Origin: an uncultured Methanosarcinaceae archaeon
Lineage (GTDB): Archaea > Halobacteriota > Methanosarcinia > Methanosarcinales > Methanosarcinaceae
Assembly: GCA_963733675.1 (NCBI GenBank)
Contig: CAVTET010000001.1
Span: 224,001 to 288,000 of the forward strand
Reading direction: 5' to 3'
DNA length: 64,000 nt
In this document: one piece after another, positions 1 to 12,340 of the stretch
How positions within the stretch are numbered: position 1 is the stretch's first letter
How the letters are laid out: the number at the start of each line of letters is the position of its first letter
The notes under the pieces: model-generated
What the model was told of the DNA's origin: nothing
What the model saw: the letters and a program-made list of their open reading frames with translations, nothing else
The model's database searches: none
Position numbers and translations under genes: made by a program

Positions 1-165
1 ACTTATTTCATATTGAGTTTAAAATGATTACTAAAGGTCATGGCTTCTGTTAAATAAATTTTTAATAGAACCTTATTTTCTGAACAGATTTTATCGAAAA
101 AAAGTGTTACATCTTTTCTTCTTCACTCAACAAATATATATGATTCCTTAAAGTATCTTCAATTT

Positions 166-1506
166 ATGACTCTTGAGCCCGTTCATATGCATAAGATCTC
201 GGAGTTTGCAAAAATGATTGATCGATCATTTGAGCTTGAGGATCCTAAGACAGCTACTGATATCTATAATCTCCTTGAGGAGTTAAAACTTGACGGAAAG
301 GTTATTCTGAAGTCTATAGACCGACTCTTTCGAGGAATTGTCAAGACTGAGTTGATGTCACAGGGCACAGACCCATATCCTGTTACTTATGCTTGTGACA
401 GTGGGAGCACAAATCCAAGGACTTATGACAGTGGGCTTTTTGTGGATTTCTGCCATTGTGGGCTGGCTGCAACACCTTCTGATCTTGATATCCATAAATA
501 CAGAACAATTGTGTGTGCTGCTTATTCTTCTTCACAAAGAGTGGCTATGCAGGCTACAAAAGGCTGGGAAATCTTTGATGAAGGGTTCGGGAGGGCAAAG
601 TTGGTCACAATTGCAGCTGACGAGGTGAAAAAAAAAACGCCTGAAATGGTTCATAATTTTGCAATGTATCTGGCAGAATCCGAGCATATTCTTTTTATGA
701 AGGAAAGGGTGAATCCAGAAAGTTTTTTCATAATGGACGGGCCGATTTATCCAAAGCAGCTCATGTACTGGATGGTTCTGGACGACAAGGAAGTAAAAAT
801 CCGACAGAACGATAATGCCCGAAAAATACTCCAGAATTACATTGATATCATGGACAATTTTCTGGAAAAGAGGAGTCCTTTAATCGGATTTGTAAAAAAT
901 CCTATTGACAAGCAAATTATGGACAGTATCCGGAAGAAAAGGGGAGCTATTGAATTGCCATGGACGCTTGACTCCCAATTTTTCCGAAATATTCTCTCCC
1001 CTGACAAAATTGATAGTAAATGTGGAAAGGGGCATGGTGGAAAAAATTATAAAAATAATGGGAAAAGTGACATCTATAATGGTTCCAGGAATACTTACAT
1101 TACTTATACTAACTGGTTTTTACAGCCCAATAGATTTTATGAGAGGCTGCTTAATGGAACTTCACCCCTTGCAGCTGGTGATACGCTTCAACAAAAACTC
1201 AGGCACAATTTTCCACCTGAGGATTATGCCCTTTGTTTTTTCATGCTTTATGTCCCCTCGAAGGACGTGGTCTTCAAAATAGAAACTCCTTATGGACTTA
1301 TTAAGGACAACTTCTTGCGCATGCAAATTACCAAAAAAGTGCTATTTGATCTTTCTCTACATGGCTTTCCTCTTACCCTTACAAAAGTAGATTATCTCTC
1401 AAAAATTAGAAAAATAGAACGGCAAGAGATCGATAAATTCTTTGGAAATATGAATCCTGATTTAAATTATAATGATACTCGATGGGGTAATATTATTGAA
1501 ATATGA
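166..1506 (+). CDS. nurA: NurA-family nuclease
   Basis: Contains ACDSGS and FIMDGPIY acidic motifs, GFVK, and C-terminal GFPLTLTKVD. Overlaps a HerA-type ATPase gene. Confidence 0.85.
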   Translation: MTLEPVHMHKISEFAKMIDRSFELEDPKTATDIYNLLEELKLDGKVILKSIDRLFRGIVKTELMSQGTDPYPVTYACDSGSTNPRTYDSGLFVDFCHCGLAATPSDLDIHKYRTIVCAAYSSSQRVAMQATKGWEIFDEGFGRAKLVTIAADEVKKKTPEMVHNFAMYLAESEHILFMKERVNPESFFIMDGPIYPKQLMYWMVLDDKEVKIRQNDNARKILQNYIDIMDNFLEKRSPLIGFVKNPIDKQIMDSIRKKRGAIELPWTLDSQFFRNILSPDKIDSKCGKGHGGKNYKNNGKSDIYNGSRNTYITYTNWFLQPNRFYERLLNGTSPLAAGDTLQQKLRHNFPPEDYALCFFMLYVPSKDVVFKIETPYGLIKDNFLRMQITKKVLFDLSLHGFPLTLTKVDYLSKIRKIERQEIDKFFGNMNPDLNYNDTRWGNIIEI

Positions 1507-3499
1507 AGATTCCGATATTTTGGCTTTTATCTCCGACAAATCGAAAAAGGAGCATGCAACTCAAATTATTTTGGATGTAGCAGAAAATGGAGAATTTGAG
1601 CAAATCCCTGAAGAGGATAATTTTGAAAATAAGACGAAGGATAAGGTTATTAATTCCCTTAAAGGTGCTTTCAATAAGGATACGGTGCTCACATCTGAAG
1701 CTCATTCTTTTTTCCCAGATCCTTCTATGGAATCCCAGTCTGTGAAGCTTTCTGAAAAAGAAATTTTTCCCTTTGAAACCTTCGAAGGTTATGATGGAGG
1801 TACCTTAAATACATTCTCGTCTTTAGAAGCCTTCGGAATTGTTACCACAGGGATAGATCCTCTGGAAATAACTCCTTCCGGAGCCGTAATCACTGGCTTC
1901 ATTACATCTTCAAGGCGGAATGAAATCAGGCTAGGAACTTATGTGGTCTTGCCTTATGAGAGTGGAGAACAACTTTTTGCTCGTGTAGGTAAACTTCAGT
2001 ATAGACAAGAATTTGTGGTAGATGACGCAACTGAAATCCACTCAAGGCGAATGCTCAGTGCCCGCAGAGGTCCGATATACGAAGCTGACTACAAATTTCT
2101 TGCCTGCCTTGATCCTCTTTGCATTCTGTACCGGAAGAGTGATGGTACACTTACAAGAAGGATGGCAGACAGGATCCCTCAGCCCCACACTCCTATTCTG
2201 CCTGTTACGAATAGGCTTGAAGTGCAGACAGGGCTAAATATTCCTGAAGAGGGCATTTTCCTCGGGCACCTGAGCGTTGGGGGAGAGCTTGTAAAAACCC
2301 ATTCTGAGCCTGAAACAGTTGCATATTACCTCTTAAACGACTATTCTATGGGCGATCCTCTCATTTTCAGGCATATTCTTATCTGCGGGAGCACAGGGAC
2401 AGGAAAAACCTTCCTTTCAAAAAATATTCTCCGCCAGTTCATGACAGAAAACAATAGGTACAGAGTGAGGAGTTCCTCTAATAAAACCAGGAAAAATCCT
2501 TGCCTGGTTATTATGGACCCTCAGGATGAATATTCCCAGCTTTTTGAGGATAATGAAACTTTAACAGATGAGAATAATTTCAAGTTTGAATCCGAAAAAG
2601 TTGCTTATGGCAGGGTTCAGTCTACAAAAGCTTTTGTAGCAAAGATAAATGGGCAGAACTATCCCGGAGATAATACAAGGGCTGAACAAATTGAGTTTAC
2701 AATTCCTTTTTCCCTTGTAGAGCATAATTCTTGGCTTATTGCAGCAGCTGGAATGTCAGAACTCCAGTACATAGGTCTTGAGGTGCTTCTTGGTGACTTC
2801 TTTAAGTCAAAAGTATCCTATACTTACCGAAATTTCATCGATCATATTAGTAATGAGGGTACACGCTCCTACTACGTAGATAGCGGGAAACTTCATGAGT
2901 CCTCTTTTGACGGGATTGTTAGGCGTACTAAAAGTCGATTTTTTTCGAAAGTCTTTGACCAAGATGCAACCTCAATTACTGACATCCTAGGCAATATCTT
3001 CAAGCCAGGCCAAATTTCGGTATTTCCAACCGGATATATAAGCACTCCTCGAATCAGAGACCTCATAGTGCTCACGATCATGAGCCTGATCGTAGACAAC
3101 AAGCTTAGTACCTCAGGTAATGATGCTATCAAAGAAACTCCAATAATTTTGGGGCTGGACGAAGCTCACCGTTATCTTTCTAGGGCAAACGGGGAACATT
3201 CTCGCCTAATCATCTCCCGTTTTGCAGATGCAGCCCGTCAGGGTAGAAAGGAAGGACTAGGTCTTTTTTTGATCACGCAGGATCCCCAAGATATTGATGA
3301 CACTGTTTTCAAACAAATTAATACGAAGCTGATCCTTAACCTCAACAACGATATGGCAATTACATCTCTGAAAGTCCCAAAAGAGTATGAACGGAGAATT
3401 CCTTATCTTAAAAAAGGGCAAATGATAATTAATTCCCCGGATAACAGCGATATCGTAGAAATAGTTGGACTCTCTAATTGTGTAGTAAGACATATTTGA
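1496..3499 (+). CDS. herA: HerA/FtsK-like ATPase/helicase
   Basis: Walker A GSTGTGKT, Walker B LGLDEAH, RQGRKEG arginine finger and ITQDP. Probable TTG start at 1496 after GGGGT; the ORF track starts it at 1472. Confidence 0.85.
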   Translation: MKYEDSDILAFISDKSKKEHATQIILDVAENGEFEQIPEEDNFENKTKDKVINSLKGAFNKDTVLTSEAHSFFPDPSMESQSVKLSEKEIFPFETFEGYDGGTLNTFSSLEAFGIVTTGIDPLEITPSGAVITGFITSSRRNEIRLGTYVVLPYESGEQLFARVGKLQYRQEFVVDDATEIHSRRMLSARRGPIYEADYKFLACLDPLCILYRKSDGTLTRRMADRIPQPHTPILPVTNRLEVQTGLNIPEEGIFLGHLSVGGELVKTHSEPETVAYYLLNDYSMGDPLIFRHILICGSTGTGKTFLSKNILRQFMTENNRYRVRSSSNKTRKNPCLVIMDPQDEYSQLFEDNETLTDENNFKFESEKVAYGRVQSTKAFVAKINGQNYPGDNTRAEQIEFTIPFSLVEHNSWLIAAAGMSELQYIGLEVLLGDFFKSKVSYTYRNFIDHISNEGTRSYYVDSGKLHESSFDGIVRRTKSRFFSKVFDQDATSITDILGNIFKPGQISVFPTGYISTPRIRDLIVLTIMSLIVDNKLSTSGNDAIKETPIILGLDEAHRYLSRANGEHSRLIISRFADAARQGRKEGLGLFLITQDPQDIDDTVFKQINTKLILNLNNDMAITSLKVPKEYERRIPYLKKGQMIINSPDNSDIVEIVGLSNCVVRHI

Positions 3500-3729
3500 G
3501 ATTATTCAGGCATAGATTAGTAAAAATAGAAAAGCCTTCTTATAATAATAAATCTTACATACCTGTTTAAATAACCTCATATTTTTATGGAAATTACTAA
3601 AAATACTTAAAGTATGTAAAAGCTGTTAATTTGCCTTTTATACTCCTAATCCTTATTATGAAAAAATAGATTCATTTTACAAAAATTACTCAATATGTGT
3701 ACAAGCTAAATATTGGACAAACTCTTTTT

Positions 3730-4583
3730 GGTTCCGTTGCAAAAATCCTTTCTAATGATACAATAGAATAAAACGAAAACCAAAGATAGTAATATGCTAT
3801 CTAATTCCTTTAAATGGAAGCATTATGAAGGAGAAATTATTCTATTGAATGTAAGATGGTACTTAAAATATCCATTGAGCTATAGAAATTTAAAGGAAAT
3901 GATGATAGAAAGAGGAATTCAAGTTGATCACAGTACTATAATGAGATGGGTACATCAATATTCCCCTGAACTAGAAAAGAAGATAAGAAGACATTTAAGA
4001 CTAACAAACTATTCGTGGAAAGTTGATGAAACCTATATCAAAATAAAAGGTAAATGGAAATATCTTTACCGAGCAGTTGACTCAAATGGAGATACAATTG
4101 ATTTCATGTTAAGTTAAAAACGAGATAGAAAGGCAGCGAAGAGATTCTTTAAGAAAGCTTTAAGTTCTAATCATAATCAAATTCCAAGATTAATAACCGT
4201 TGATAAGAATCCAGCTTATCCACCTGCTATAGATAAACTAAAAATTGATAAAATACTACCTAAAAACGTAGGCATTCGACAAATCAAGTATTTGAATAAC
4301 ATTATAGAACAAGATCACAGATCTATAAAGAGAATCGTTAATCCAATGTTAGGATTTCAGTCTTTTCGATCTGCTAATAAGACTTTAAAAGGAATTGAAG
4401 CTATAAATATGATCAAAAAAGGACAAGTAAATGATCTAAATTACTCTGTTTTTAATGAAGTCAAATGTATTAATCAATTATTTGGTATAGTTTTATAATG
4501 TTAGTACATTTTCTTTGAATATTCTGATTTTTATTCATTACCTATAGATTTACATATTTTTTTGAATTTTTTGCAACGGAACC
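3730..4583 (+). mobile_element. IS6-family insertion sequence with a transposase broken by TAA at 4115-4117
   Basis: TIRs GGTTCCGTTGCAAAAA and TTTTTGCAACGGAACC; WKVDETYIK and NNIIEQDHR motifs. The TAA corresponds to TCA in the sister copy near 63665. Confidence 0.95.
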
Positions 4584-4643
4584 CTATCTTTGGTTTTCGT
4601 TTTATTCTATTGTATCATTAGAAAGGATTTTTGCAACGGAACC
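4584..4643 (-). mobile_element. Inverted 60-bp left end of the same IS6
   Basis: Exact reverse complement of 3730-3789. Confidence 0.9.
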
Positions 4644-5070
4644 AGGCTTTTGGTTCAAATCACAATCAAATGCCGAGAATAATAAAAGTTGATAAGAATG
4701 CATCTTATCAGATAGCCATAGACGAACTGAAAAATGAGAAAAACTTGTCTAAAAATATTGAAATTAGACAAGTCAAGTATTTGAATAACATTATTTAACA
4801 AGATCATCGATCTATAAAGCGGATAACTACTCCAATGCTAGGCTTTCAGCCTTTTCGCTCTGCAAGTAAGACTTTAAAAGGAATTGAAGCTATGAATACG
4901 GTTAAAAAAAAACAAGTCAATAATCTAAATTACTCTGGTCTTGATGAAGTCAAATATTAAGCAATTATTTGAGAGAGTTTTATAATGTTGATACATTCCC
5001 CTCGGATATTTTGCCTTTTATTCATCATCCATATATTTACATGCTTATTCTGAATTTTTGCAACAGAACC
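4644..5070 (+). mobile_element. 3' half of an older, divergent IS6 copy (pseudo)
   Basis: Parallels about 4155-4583 with stops; ends in TIR TTTTTGCAACAGAACC. Confidence 0.85.
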
Positions 5071-5157
5071 CCTTTTTGGAGCTCTGTCCTGCTTTCTTTC
5101 ATTTTTGGAAAATTTCTCTGAAATTTCAGCACCAATGTTCACTCCTCATGAAAAAAA

Positions 5158-5451
5158 TCAGCCCCCTGAAACAGGAGAAAGGACTGCAATTTCATCTAAA
5201 TCTGCAAGGAAGGTATCAAGCCCTTCCAAGTGCCGAACATTGTTTCCATTGACAAGAACATTAACGGAGCCACAAAGAGCCAACATTTCACTTTTTTCGC
5301 CTACCTTCTCAAAAATAAGGTCTTTAAGCACTGGATATTTTTTCGCGAGGGATAAAAGAACGTTGATAACTTTCTCTCCAGAAAGCAGGATTTCGGGTGT
5401 GCCTGTAGCTTCACGCAGATTTGCAAATAACTTAACCTTTACCTCAGCCAT
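5158..5451 (-). CDS. MoaD/SAMP1-like ubiquitin-like protein
   Basis: VKVKLFANLRE start, NVLVNG motif and C-terminal VSGG diglycine. Confidence 0.9.
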   Translation of the reverse strand: MAEVKVKLFANLREATGTPEILLSGEKVINVLLSLAKKYPVLKDLIFEKVGEKSEMLALCGSVNVLVNGNNVRHLEGLDTFLADLDEIAVLSPVSGG

Positions 5452-5793
5452 AAGGAATATTATTTTATCTTACCCCTTTAATATATCTATCCACGAAAAC
5501 AGTAGTTCTTATCGGCTGTAGTTCAGATTGGGTATTCTTATTTATAATCTTTTCTCAAATAATTCCTAAAAAAACTTAATCCATAGATCTTAATGCCAGT
5601 TTTTTGTACTATATATCTGATTTATAAGCATATAAATTAAGTTAGGGTTTTATCTAAACAATTTTAATTTTTTTAGTAGTGGCAAATGATCCCTTCATTG
5701 ATGCATAGATCAAACGCACTTCCACTAACTCAAAGAGTCTACCAGAACTACACGCTTCTCATGAGTCATAATTTTTACTTGTTCAAATAATAC

Positions 5794-6381
5794 TTATCTT
5801 TTTTGCACTACAAGCAACCCATAGAGAATTGTTCCTGAAATAGGCGGATTTTCAGGAGTGCCTTTGGATATCCTTTCTTCAGGATAACCGAGTTTTTCAC
5901 ATATATAAAGCTCAGCTTCCAATTCCAGCTCTTTAAGAACCTCTGCAACCTCAAGGGAACCAAATTTCTCTTCTGGGAGCAGAAAAATATTTTTTCCATT
6001 CTTTAATTCTCGGATCAGTTCGGTTTTTGCTAGTTCAAAGTCTCTGCCGTGAGCTGTAATCGCACATAAGTTGGTCAGATTCACTTTATTACGGGCACAA
6101 GCTACTTGCATTGAGGAAATCCCAGGAATAACTGTATCTTTTTCCCCTGCAAACTGCCCGAGTCCTGAGAACATGGGATCTCCTGTGGATAAGACGACTG
6201 CATATGAAGGCAGGAAGTGGAGCGACTTATAGTCCTTAATTATTTTTGCTTCACAGGTAATGTACTCCTGTGCAATTTTCAGGGCTCTTTTTGAACCATA
6301 AACCACTGAAGCCTTACTTATTGCCTTTATCCCTTCTTCTGTAATCATGCCGGGCCCGACCCCGACTCCTACAACTATCAT
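5794..6381 (-). CDS. cbiE: Cobalt-precorrin-7 C5-methyltransferase
   Basis: [23 protein letters not shown] and EKLGYPEE motifs; ATGA overlap with cbiD. Confidence 0.85.
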   Translation of the reverse strand: MIVVGVGVGPGMITEEGIKAISKASVVYGSKRALKIAQEYITCEAKIIKDYKSLHFLPSYAVVLSTGDPMFSGLGQFAGEKDTVIPGISSMQVACARNKVNLTNLCAITAHGRDFELAKTELIRELKNGKNIFLLPEEKFGSLEVAEVLKELELEAELYICEKLGYPEERISKGTPENPPISGTILYGLLVVQKR

Positions 6382-7424
6382 AATTTTTCTTCCCTTTTAC
6401 CTGGTTTAAATTCACTCTTGCTGTCCATGAGGATATTTCCCTCTCTGTTAATTACGATGACTCTCGCGCCTTTTCCTTTCATCACTGCCATTTCAAAGGC
6501 TTCTTTCAAGCGTGCATTTTCTGGGGCTTTCTCAAGCATTTCAACAACAGTTGCGTACTCAGAGTTTTTGAGAATCTCAGGATTTCCCCATTTGAGGACA
6601 AGACCAGGAAGGCCACAAATAATTACATCTCCTGATGCAGATTCAAGCCCTTCAGATATCCTACTCCCTATCATTACTACGGTGTAACCTGGAAAGAGCA
6701 TATGAGAGTAACGCATTCCTATTCTACCAGTAGTTAGAACCACTCTGTCAGTGCAGCGAATAAGATCTCCTTTCATTTCTCCGAGATGGTCATTCCAGGG
6801 CTCAACAAAACCTGTACTTCCAAGAATTGAAATACCACCTTCTACTCCAATCCTACTGTTCAGAGTTTTCTTTCCAATCCTTTCTCCTTCAGGGATATAG
6901 ATTGTTACTTCAGCTCCCTGTAGGCCAAGTTCCTCTACCGCTTCCAACACTGCAGCTCGAATTTGACCCATAGGTATAGGGTTGATTGCAGGCTGATTCC
7001 TTGGAACCTGGAGCCCATCCCTTCTTACAATCCCTATACCTTTTCCTCCAATAATTCTAATTTCCTTTGCTTCCCTGGCTTCACCCACAAATTCAAGCCC
7101 TCTGGTAATGTCGGATTCGTGATCATTAGGAATTTTTTTTGTAATTGCACGCCCTTGGGAGGACTCACTTACATCGATATAGGCTCTTAGGCCCACAGGA
7201 GTTGGGACTGATACTTTGTCAATAGTTTTCTTAATAGAAAGAACTGCGGCTTTTGCAGCGGCACTTGCTGTGGTTCCTGTAGTATACCCTCTTTTGAGAA
7301 TAGCCCCATCACTCAGGATCACAATCATCCCTGATGCTACTTTTGCTTCAAGCTCTACCCTGGGCAGCTCGGTTAGGGCAATCCATTCCTTAGGGATTTT
7401 AAAATTGTTAACGGGATCTATCAT
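6378..7424 (-). CDS. cbiD: Cobalt-precorrin-5B C1-methyltransferase
   Basis: [21 protein letters not shown] and [19 protein letters not shown] signatures. Confidence 0.95.
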   Translation of the reverse strand: MIDPVNNFKIPKEWIALTELPRVELEAKVASGMIVILSDGAILKRGYTTGTTASAAAKAAVLSIKKTIDKVSVPTPVGLRAYIDVSESSQGRAITKKIPNDHESDITRGLEFVGEAREAKEIRIIGGKGIGIVRRDGLQVPRNQPAINPIPMGQIRAAVLEAVEELGLQGAEVTIYIPEGERIGKKTLNSRIGVEGGISILGSTGFVEPWNDHLGEMKGDLIRCTDRVVLTTGRIGMRYSHMLFPGYTVVMIGSRISEGLESASGDVIICGLPGLVLKWGNPEILKNSEYATVVEMLEKAPENARLKEAFEMAVMKGKGARVIVINREGNILMDSKSEFKPGKREEKL

Positions 7425-8218
7425 AGAGAAATAATCGAAGGTTTATATGATAAATATATTGACTTGAAAATAAGTCAAAGTCTGCTCAATTTCGAGATAG
7501 GCCTTTCCTCAATATATTTATTCTTCCATTGTATTTGAAGAAAATAATTATACTTTCCACTTTCCGGAGATATACACAATAATACCATCCATTTTCGCAA
7601 TATGACAATAGTTTAAAAATTAATCTAACTTTCAATGAATGATAGTGGGCAAATTGGCGAACAAATCTATACATCCGTGTATATCTGCATAGTGTCGTGT
7701 CTTCTGTAGCAAAATTAGAAATCGCAATTATAAAAAAGATTGGCATCATTCCAGTAGTTGAATTAGTTTTCTGGAAAGTTAAGATTTTACCATAGATTCT
7801 GGAATATGGATAAAGATATTTGGGTTGGTGTGTGAGAAATTATCTTAGAAATGATGCCTATTCCGATGTCAGTATTTTATCTGTCATCAATTATTGTGTT
7901 AGAAATTATATTATATAAATGTTTGGAAATGTACATATTAATTTAATATGGAATCTTTTTGCTGGTTGAAAAGCAATAGCAAATGGAGAATTTCTAATAT
8001 TCCTTATTTCAATAAATTCATTTATATTCAGGCGGATAGCGCGAAAATACCAAGTTACTTGCAGCAGGGGTAACACCGAAAATTTGATTTTGTAGGATTG
8101 TTTTGTAATTAACTAAATTTTTTCAAATTTTATTCACATTTTTGATATTGAATTTAACAAATTACATGGAGCGGGAAAATACATTATATTGTGTAAAAAA
8201 TAGAATAGCAAAAATGGA

Positions 8219-9215
8219 CTCTGTAGAAATCCTTAATTTGATACAAATTATTTCTACAACTTTTTCATCTATGTTGTAAGCTATGAGTTTAAGTTTAATT
8301 TCCTTTACTTGATTACGGAACTTTCTTTCCTGAAGTGTTTCTCCAAACTTCCTTTTCACTACAGAGAATGTTCTCTCTGCCATATTCCTTTGATTGTACT
8401 TAATTTTGTCAAAGACCAGATGTAATTGTTTTCTATATTTTCCCCCGACTTTCTTCCTTTTTCTCTGCCTTAAAGGTATAATTGAGTCTGCCTTCATTTC
8501 TTCTCTAATTAGAGCATGAATATTTTCAGAATCATACCCTTTATCCATCACATAACATTCAGACCTTCTTATCCTATTTGATTGTCTTATCAGAGCATTT
8601 GCATGTTTGATTTCATGATATGTTTTTTGACTAATTTTCTATCCTAATGCTACCTTTTTAGCTATGTCGAATGATATTGAAGTTTTCAAGACATTCCTTC
8701 GTAGCTCCCCTGTTTTGCGGGAACGATAATCATTTGTATAGGGAATTGTAAAGCCTGTTGCATCAATTGCTGTAATATAGATCATTTATCCATGTGAGTA
8801 AAACAACTTTAGAGTTTTTGACAAAAGAAGGTTAAACAGAGAAGAGGAAATCCTGGATACAAACTTTTGAAGAGTAGTGAAATTGGAAGTCTTATTAAGA
8901 TCGAGTTTTTCTTTATATTGTTTATTAGGTCAATAAGTTCTACAAAATCACGGTAGTCTATGCTGATATACCCCTTCAATAAAGCCAGAACAAGAAATTG
9001 ATGCTGGATATAAACATGTTTGGAATATTTGCAGGAATAAAGCTTCAGTCTCGAAGACTGAACAGTTTCAAGGCTAGCATCAACAAATTTAATGTATTTG
9101 TTCGATTTCAATATTATGTGTTCCTTCGTTTTTTGTAGGAAAATATAAGGATCTATTATAATACAATGGTTACAATAATATGGGAAAATGCACAACTTAG
9201 ATGATTTTTACAGAG
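8219..9215 (-). mobile_element. IS5-family element with a degraded transposase
   Basis: IRs CTCTGTAGAAATC and GATTTTTACAGAG; DATG, MDKGYDSE and Y-x2-R-x3-E (YNQRNMAE) motifs spread over broken frames. Confidence 0.8.
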
Positions 9216-9458
9216 CACAGTATCGTTTTCTTGTTAAATTCGATAACATCGCATGTGACTGGGTTCACACTTTGCAATAATTTTCAACTAGTGTTAATAG
9301 AAGATTTTGATAAGCTCCTAAATTTTGTCATATCCTTAATAGTGATTGATTATAGTGCCAGTAATAAGTGCATTATTTGAAATTTTCGCCAAATGTTTTT
9401 TAAACTATTTGAATTTTCGGGCAAAAATTTATCAGCGTTCAATTCAAATTTATTCTTG

Positions 9459-10136
9459 ATGCCTCCTAAATACTCTACAGCTAATAATAACTTTGATGCG
9501 ATACGAAAAGTACAGGTTTGTTTAGCTATTCTTAAGAAGATGTACCCTGATGCTAAGCCTTCCCTTAATTATCATAACCCTCTAGAGCTTCTTGTAGCAA
9601 CCATTCTATCTGCTCAATCTACAGATGTCCAGATTAACAGGGTAACTGAAAAATTGTTTAAAAAATACTGTACTGCAAAGGATTATGCAAATGCAGACCT
9701 CATGGAACTCGAGAATGATATTTATTCTACAGGTTTTTACAAAAACAAAGCAAAAAATATCAAAGGCACTACCAGATTGATCGTCGAGCACTATAATGGA
9801 AAAGTTCCTAAAACAATGGAAGAACTTGTTACTTTACCTGGAGTCGGAAGAAAAACAGCAAATATAGTACTTGCGAGGGCATTTGGGGTAATAGAGGGTG
9901 TAGCTGTAGATACACATGTAAAAAGAGTATCAAGGAGGTTAAACTTTACAAAGAATTTCGATCCTGAAAAAATTGAGGCTGATCTGATATCTCTTGCACC
10001 AAAGGAAGAGCTTGATTCAATCTCTATGATCCTGATTTACCATGGGAGAAAGATCTGCCAGGCAAGAAAACCTAAATGTGAAATATGTACTTTGAAGAAC
10101 CTATGTCCTTCCAGTGTGATATTTATGGGTAAGTGA
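9459..10136 (+). CDS. nth: Endonuclease III
   Basis: LLVATILSAQSTD, HhH motif LPGVGRKTA, VDTHV and C-x6-C-x2-C-x5-C. Start uncertain (9393 or 9459). Confidence 0.95.
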   Translation: MPPKYSTANNNFDAIRKVQVCLAILKKMYPDAKPSLNYHNPLELLVATILSAQSTDVQINRVTEKLFKKYCTAKDYANADLMELENDIYSTGFYKNKAKNIKGTTRLIVEHYNGKVPKTMEELVTLPGVGRKTANIVLARAFGVIEGVAVDTHVKRVSRRLNFTKNFDPEKIEADLISLAPKEELDSISMILIYHGRKICQARKPKCEICTLKNLCPSSVIFMGK

Positions 10137-10559
10137 AACGACATTATTTTCTGAAGTTAGAATAGCAAAATTATTTTTGTTTACTTAGAATTTAGAAATA
10201 ACTTTACTGAAAGAGTACGATTTATACAAAAAAAATATACATGTCTTTAGTCTCCATATTTTAGAAAGGGAAACTAATTTTTTGGAAGAAAATCAAAGTT
10301 TTTGCTCAATTTTTTTTGTTGAAAACCTTATCCAACAAAAATTGATAATCTCTGTTTCAAATATCACAATTTTTCCAAAAAATAGTGAAAAATTCCTTTT
10401 CCTACAGCGATAGGTCATGCTAATAGACAAAAGGAGATACATTCTTTTATGTTATTACAATTTGATTATCTGTTATCTTAATTAATTCAGAATCCCTTTA
10501 AATATTCATGCTAGAGATTAAACTTGGAGATTATGAGGTAAATTTCCTAAAGGGCTTTG

Positions 10560-11550
10560 TGAATAAGGGAGATAAAAGAGCAAGAGAATTAAACAGAGAA
10601 AGTATCATACAACAGGTAAACCAGTAAGATGAGAACACAAATATATCGAAAAGATTATGTGTTTTTAGGAACCAATATTCTGCAGATATATAAACATATA
10701 GAATTTATTTGCTTATTTGCCCACTATTATTATTGAAAGTTAGATCAATTTTTAAGCTACTGTCCTATTGAGAAAACATATGGCATTATTGTATACATGT
10801 GGGAAGTGACTAGGAATATTGTTTTGAAAATCTAGAAGAAATGTTTTGAAAATCTTTCCAAATTGCTTTTGAGATAAGACAATATTTTATCAAGCTAGAA
10901 AATATACAGAAAAGTATGTTGCAGAAATAATGACACTAACATATATCAGTTCTCTTAATAGAAGTAGAGGTTGTAGCTTACATCCCTTACTGAATAACTT
11001 AGGAAAAAAGAGGGATTTGAAACAATAAACAATGACTACATTAGGTTTATTCTGGAAAAAGCAAAATTAAGTCTTGGTTGGGACGAATTTTGTTCATTAA
11101 GGCTATCGGTTTCGAATATAGATACAGAATTTACGATATTCTTAATCTGTATGAAGTGGATTACTATCTGAAGAAATTTAACAGCCGACTTACCGGAAAA
11201 CCAAAGCAGCTGATTACATATAAGAAAATGCACATTTCCATGGAGCCTAGAAATCCAGAAAAGTATGATTACAAATGTGTCAGGAATGGAACAGCAAAAA
11301 TATTCGTAGCAATGGAGCTCAAAGTAGGAAAAGGATTAACCCAGAACCAAAAGAAGAACCATAATGGATTTGAGACAATTCGTGAAGATTCACTCTATCG
11401 AAAAATAGGCGCAAATGAAATTGAGACCTTTACTCATTACTGGTTGCATGCACGGAGAGAAGGAATGAACATGAAAAGGATATATACTAGGAATTTGTGA
11501 GAAAACATACTGATTAGAAGCTGTTCAAGTATAGATCCAATGATTAAATT
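10560..11550 (+). mobile_element. IS630-family transposase remnant
   Basis: Fragment EKYDYKCVRNGTAKIFVAME resembles the IS630 YDYEY-RNGT-N-F motif; many stops; bounds approximate. Confidence 0.6.
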
Positions 11551-12340
11551 TCACGACATGCTTCTACCATCTAGCTGACAAGCGTCTGTTTGTCATAGAA
11601 CTCATCGCTGTTATTTACTGATCCAGAAACACTAACTATATCATCATGAAAATGCTTTTTATAACCCTCTATCCACAGATACATACAAGATTGCCATCTA
11701 TTTTTTCAATTTTGCAGCAGCTTAAAAATTGATTTAACTTTCAATGATAACTATTCAGCTCACCAAATATCAGCTGTCTGATACATATTTTGGCGCAATA
11801 GCTATTTATAATTACTAGCTTATAGAAAAATAAAAAACATGATCTTTTGCCGACAGTTAAAAAACATAATATAGCTTACAGGTACTGTGTAAAATTTTTA
11901 CTTTATAACTCGAAAATATTGAATTGTTAGATGGAATTACAACAAAGATAGAATTCAGATGTATTAATGAAGTTTTTTTCTTGTGAATCAATGAGAGTAA
12001 ATTGGAACTGAACAAGAGTAATCATTCAGAACTACGCAAGTCGGAACTACTGAAAAATGTACAGAATTGAAAAAAAATCTGTAAACTAGTTATTTGAGTT
12101 GAAGCAGTAGAGAGATATTCTAAGATAAACTCTCAGAAGTATAAAAGTTATAAGCGTTATGTCCATTTTCCTATACCCATCTCTGAAAATACCTCTGGTG
12201 AATATCCCACTTGTCCATCGAAGTATTAAACAAAAAGATTAGAGAGGAATAAAAAGTATTATTTTTGAATTAGTTGTGCATATTGATCCTTCCTTACAAT
12301 AACCTCAAGAATCAAATAGCAAAAAAGCCAGTTAATATTC

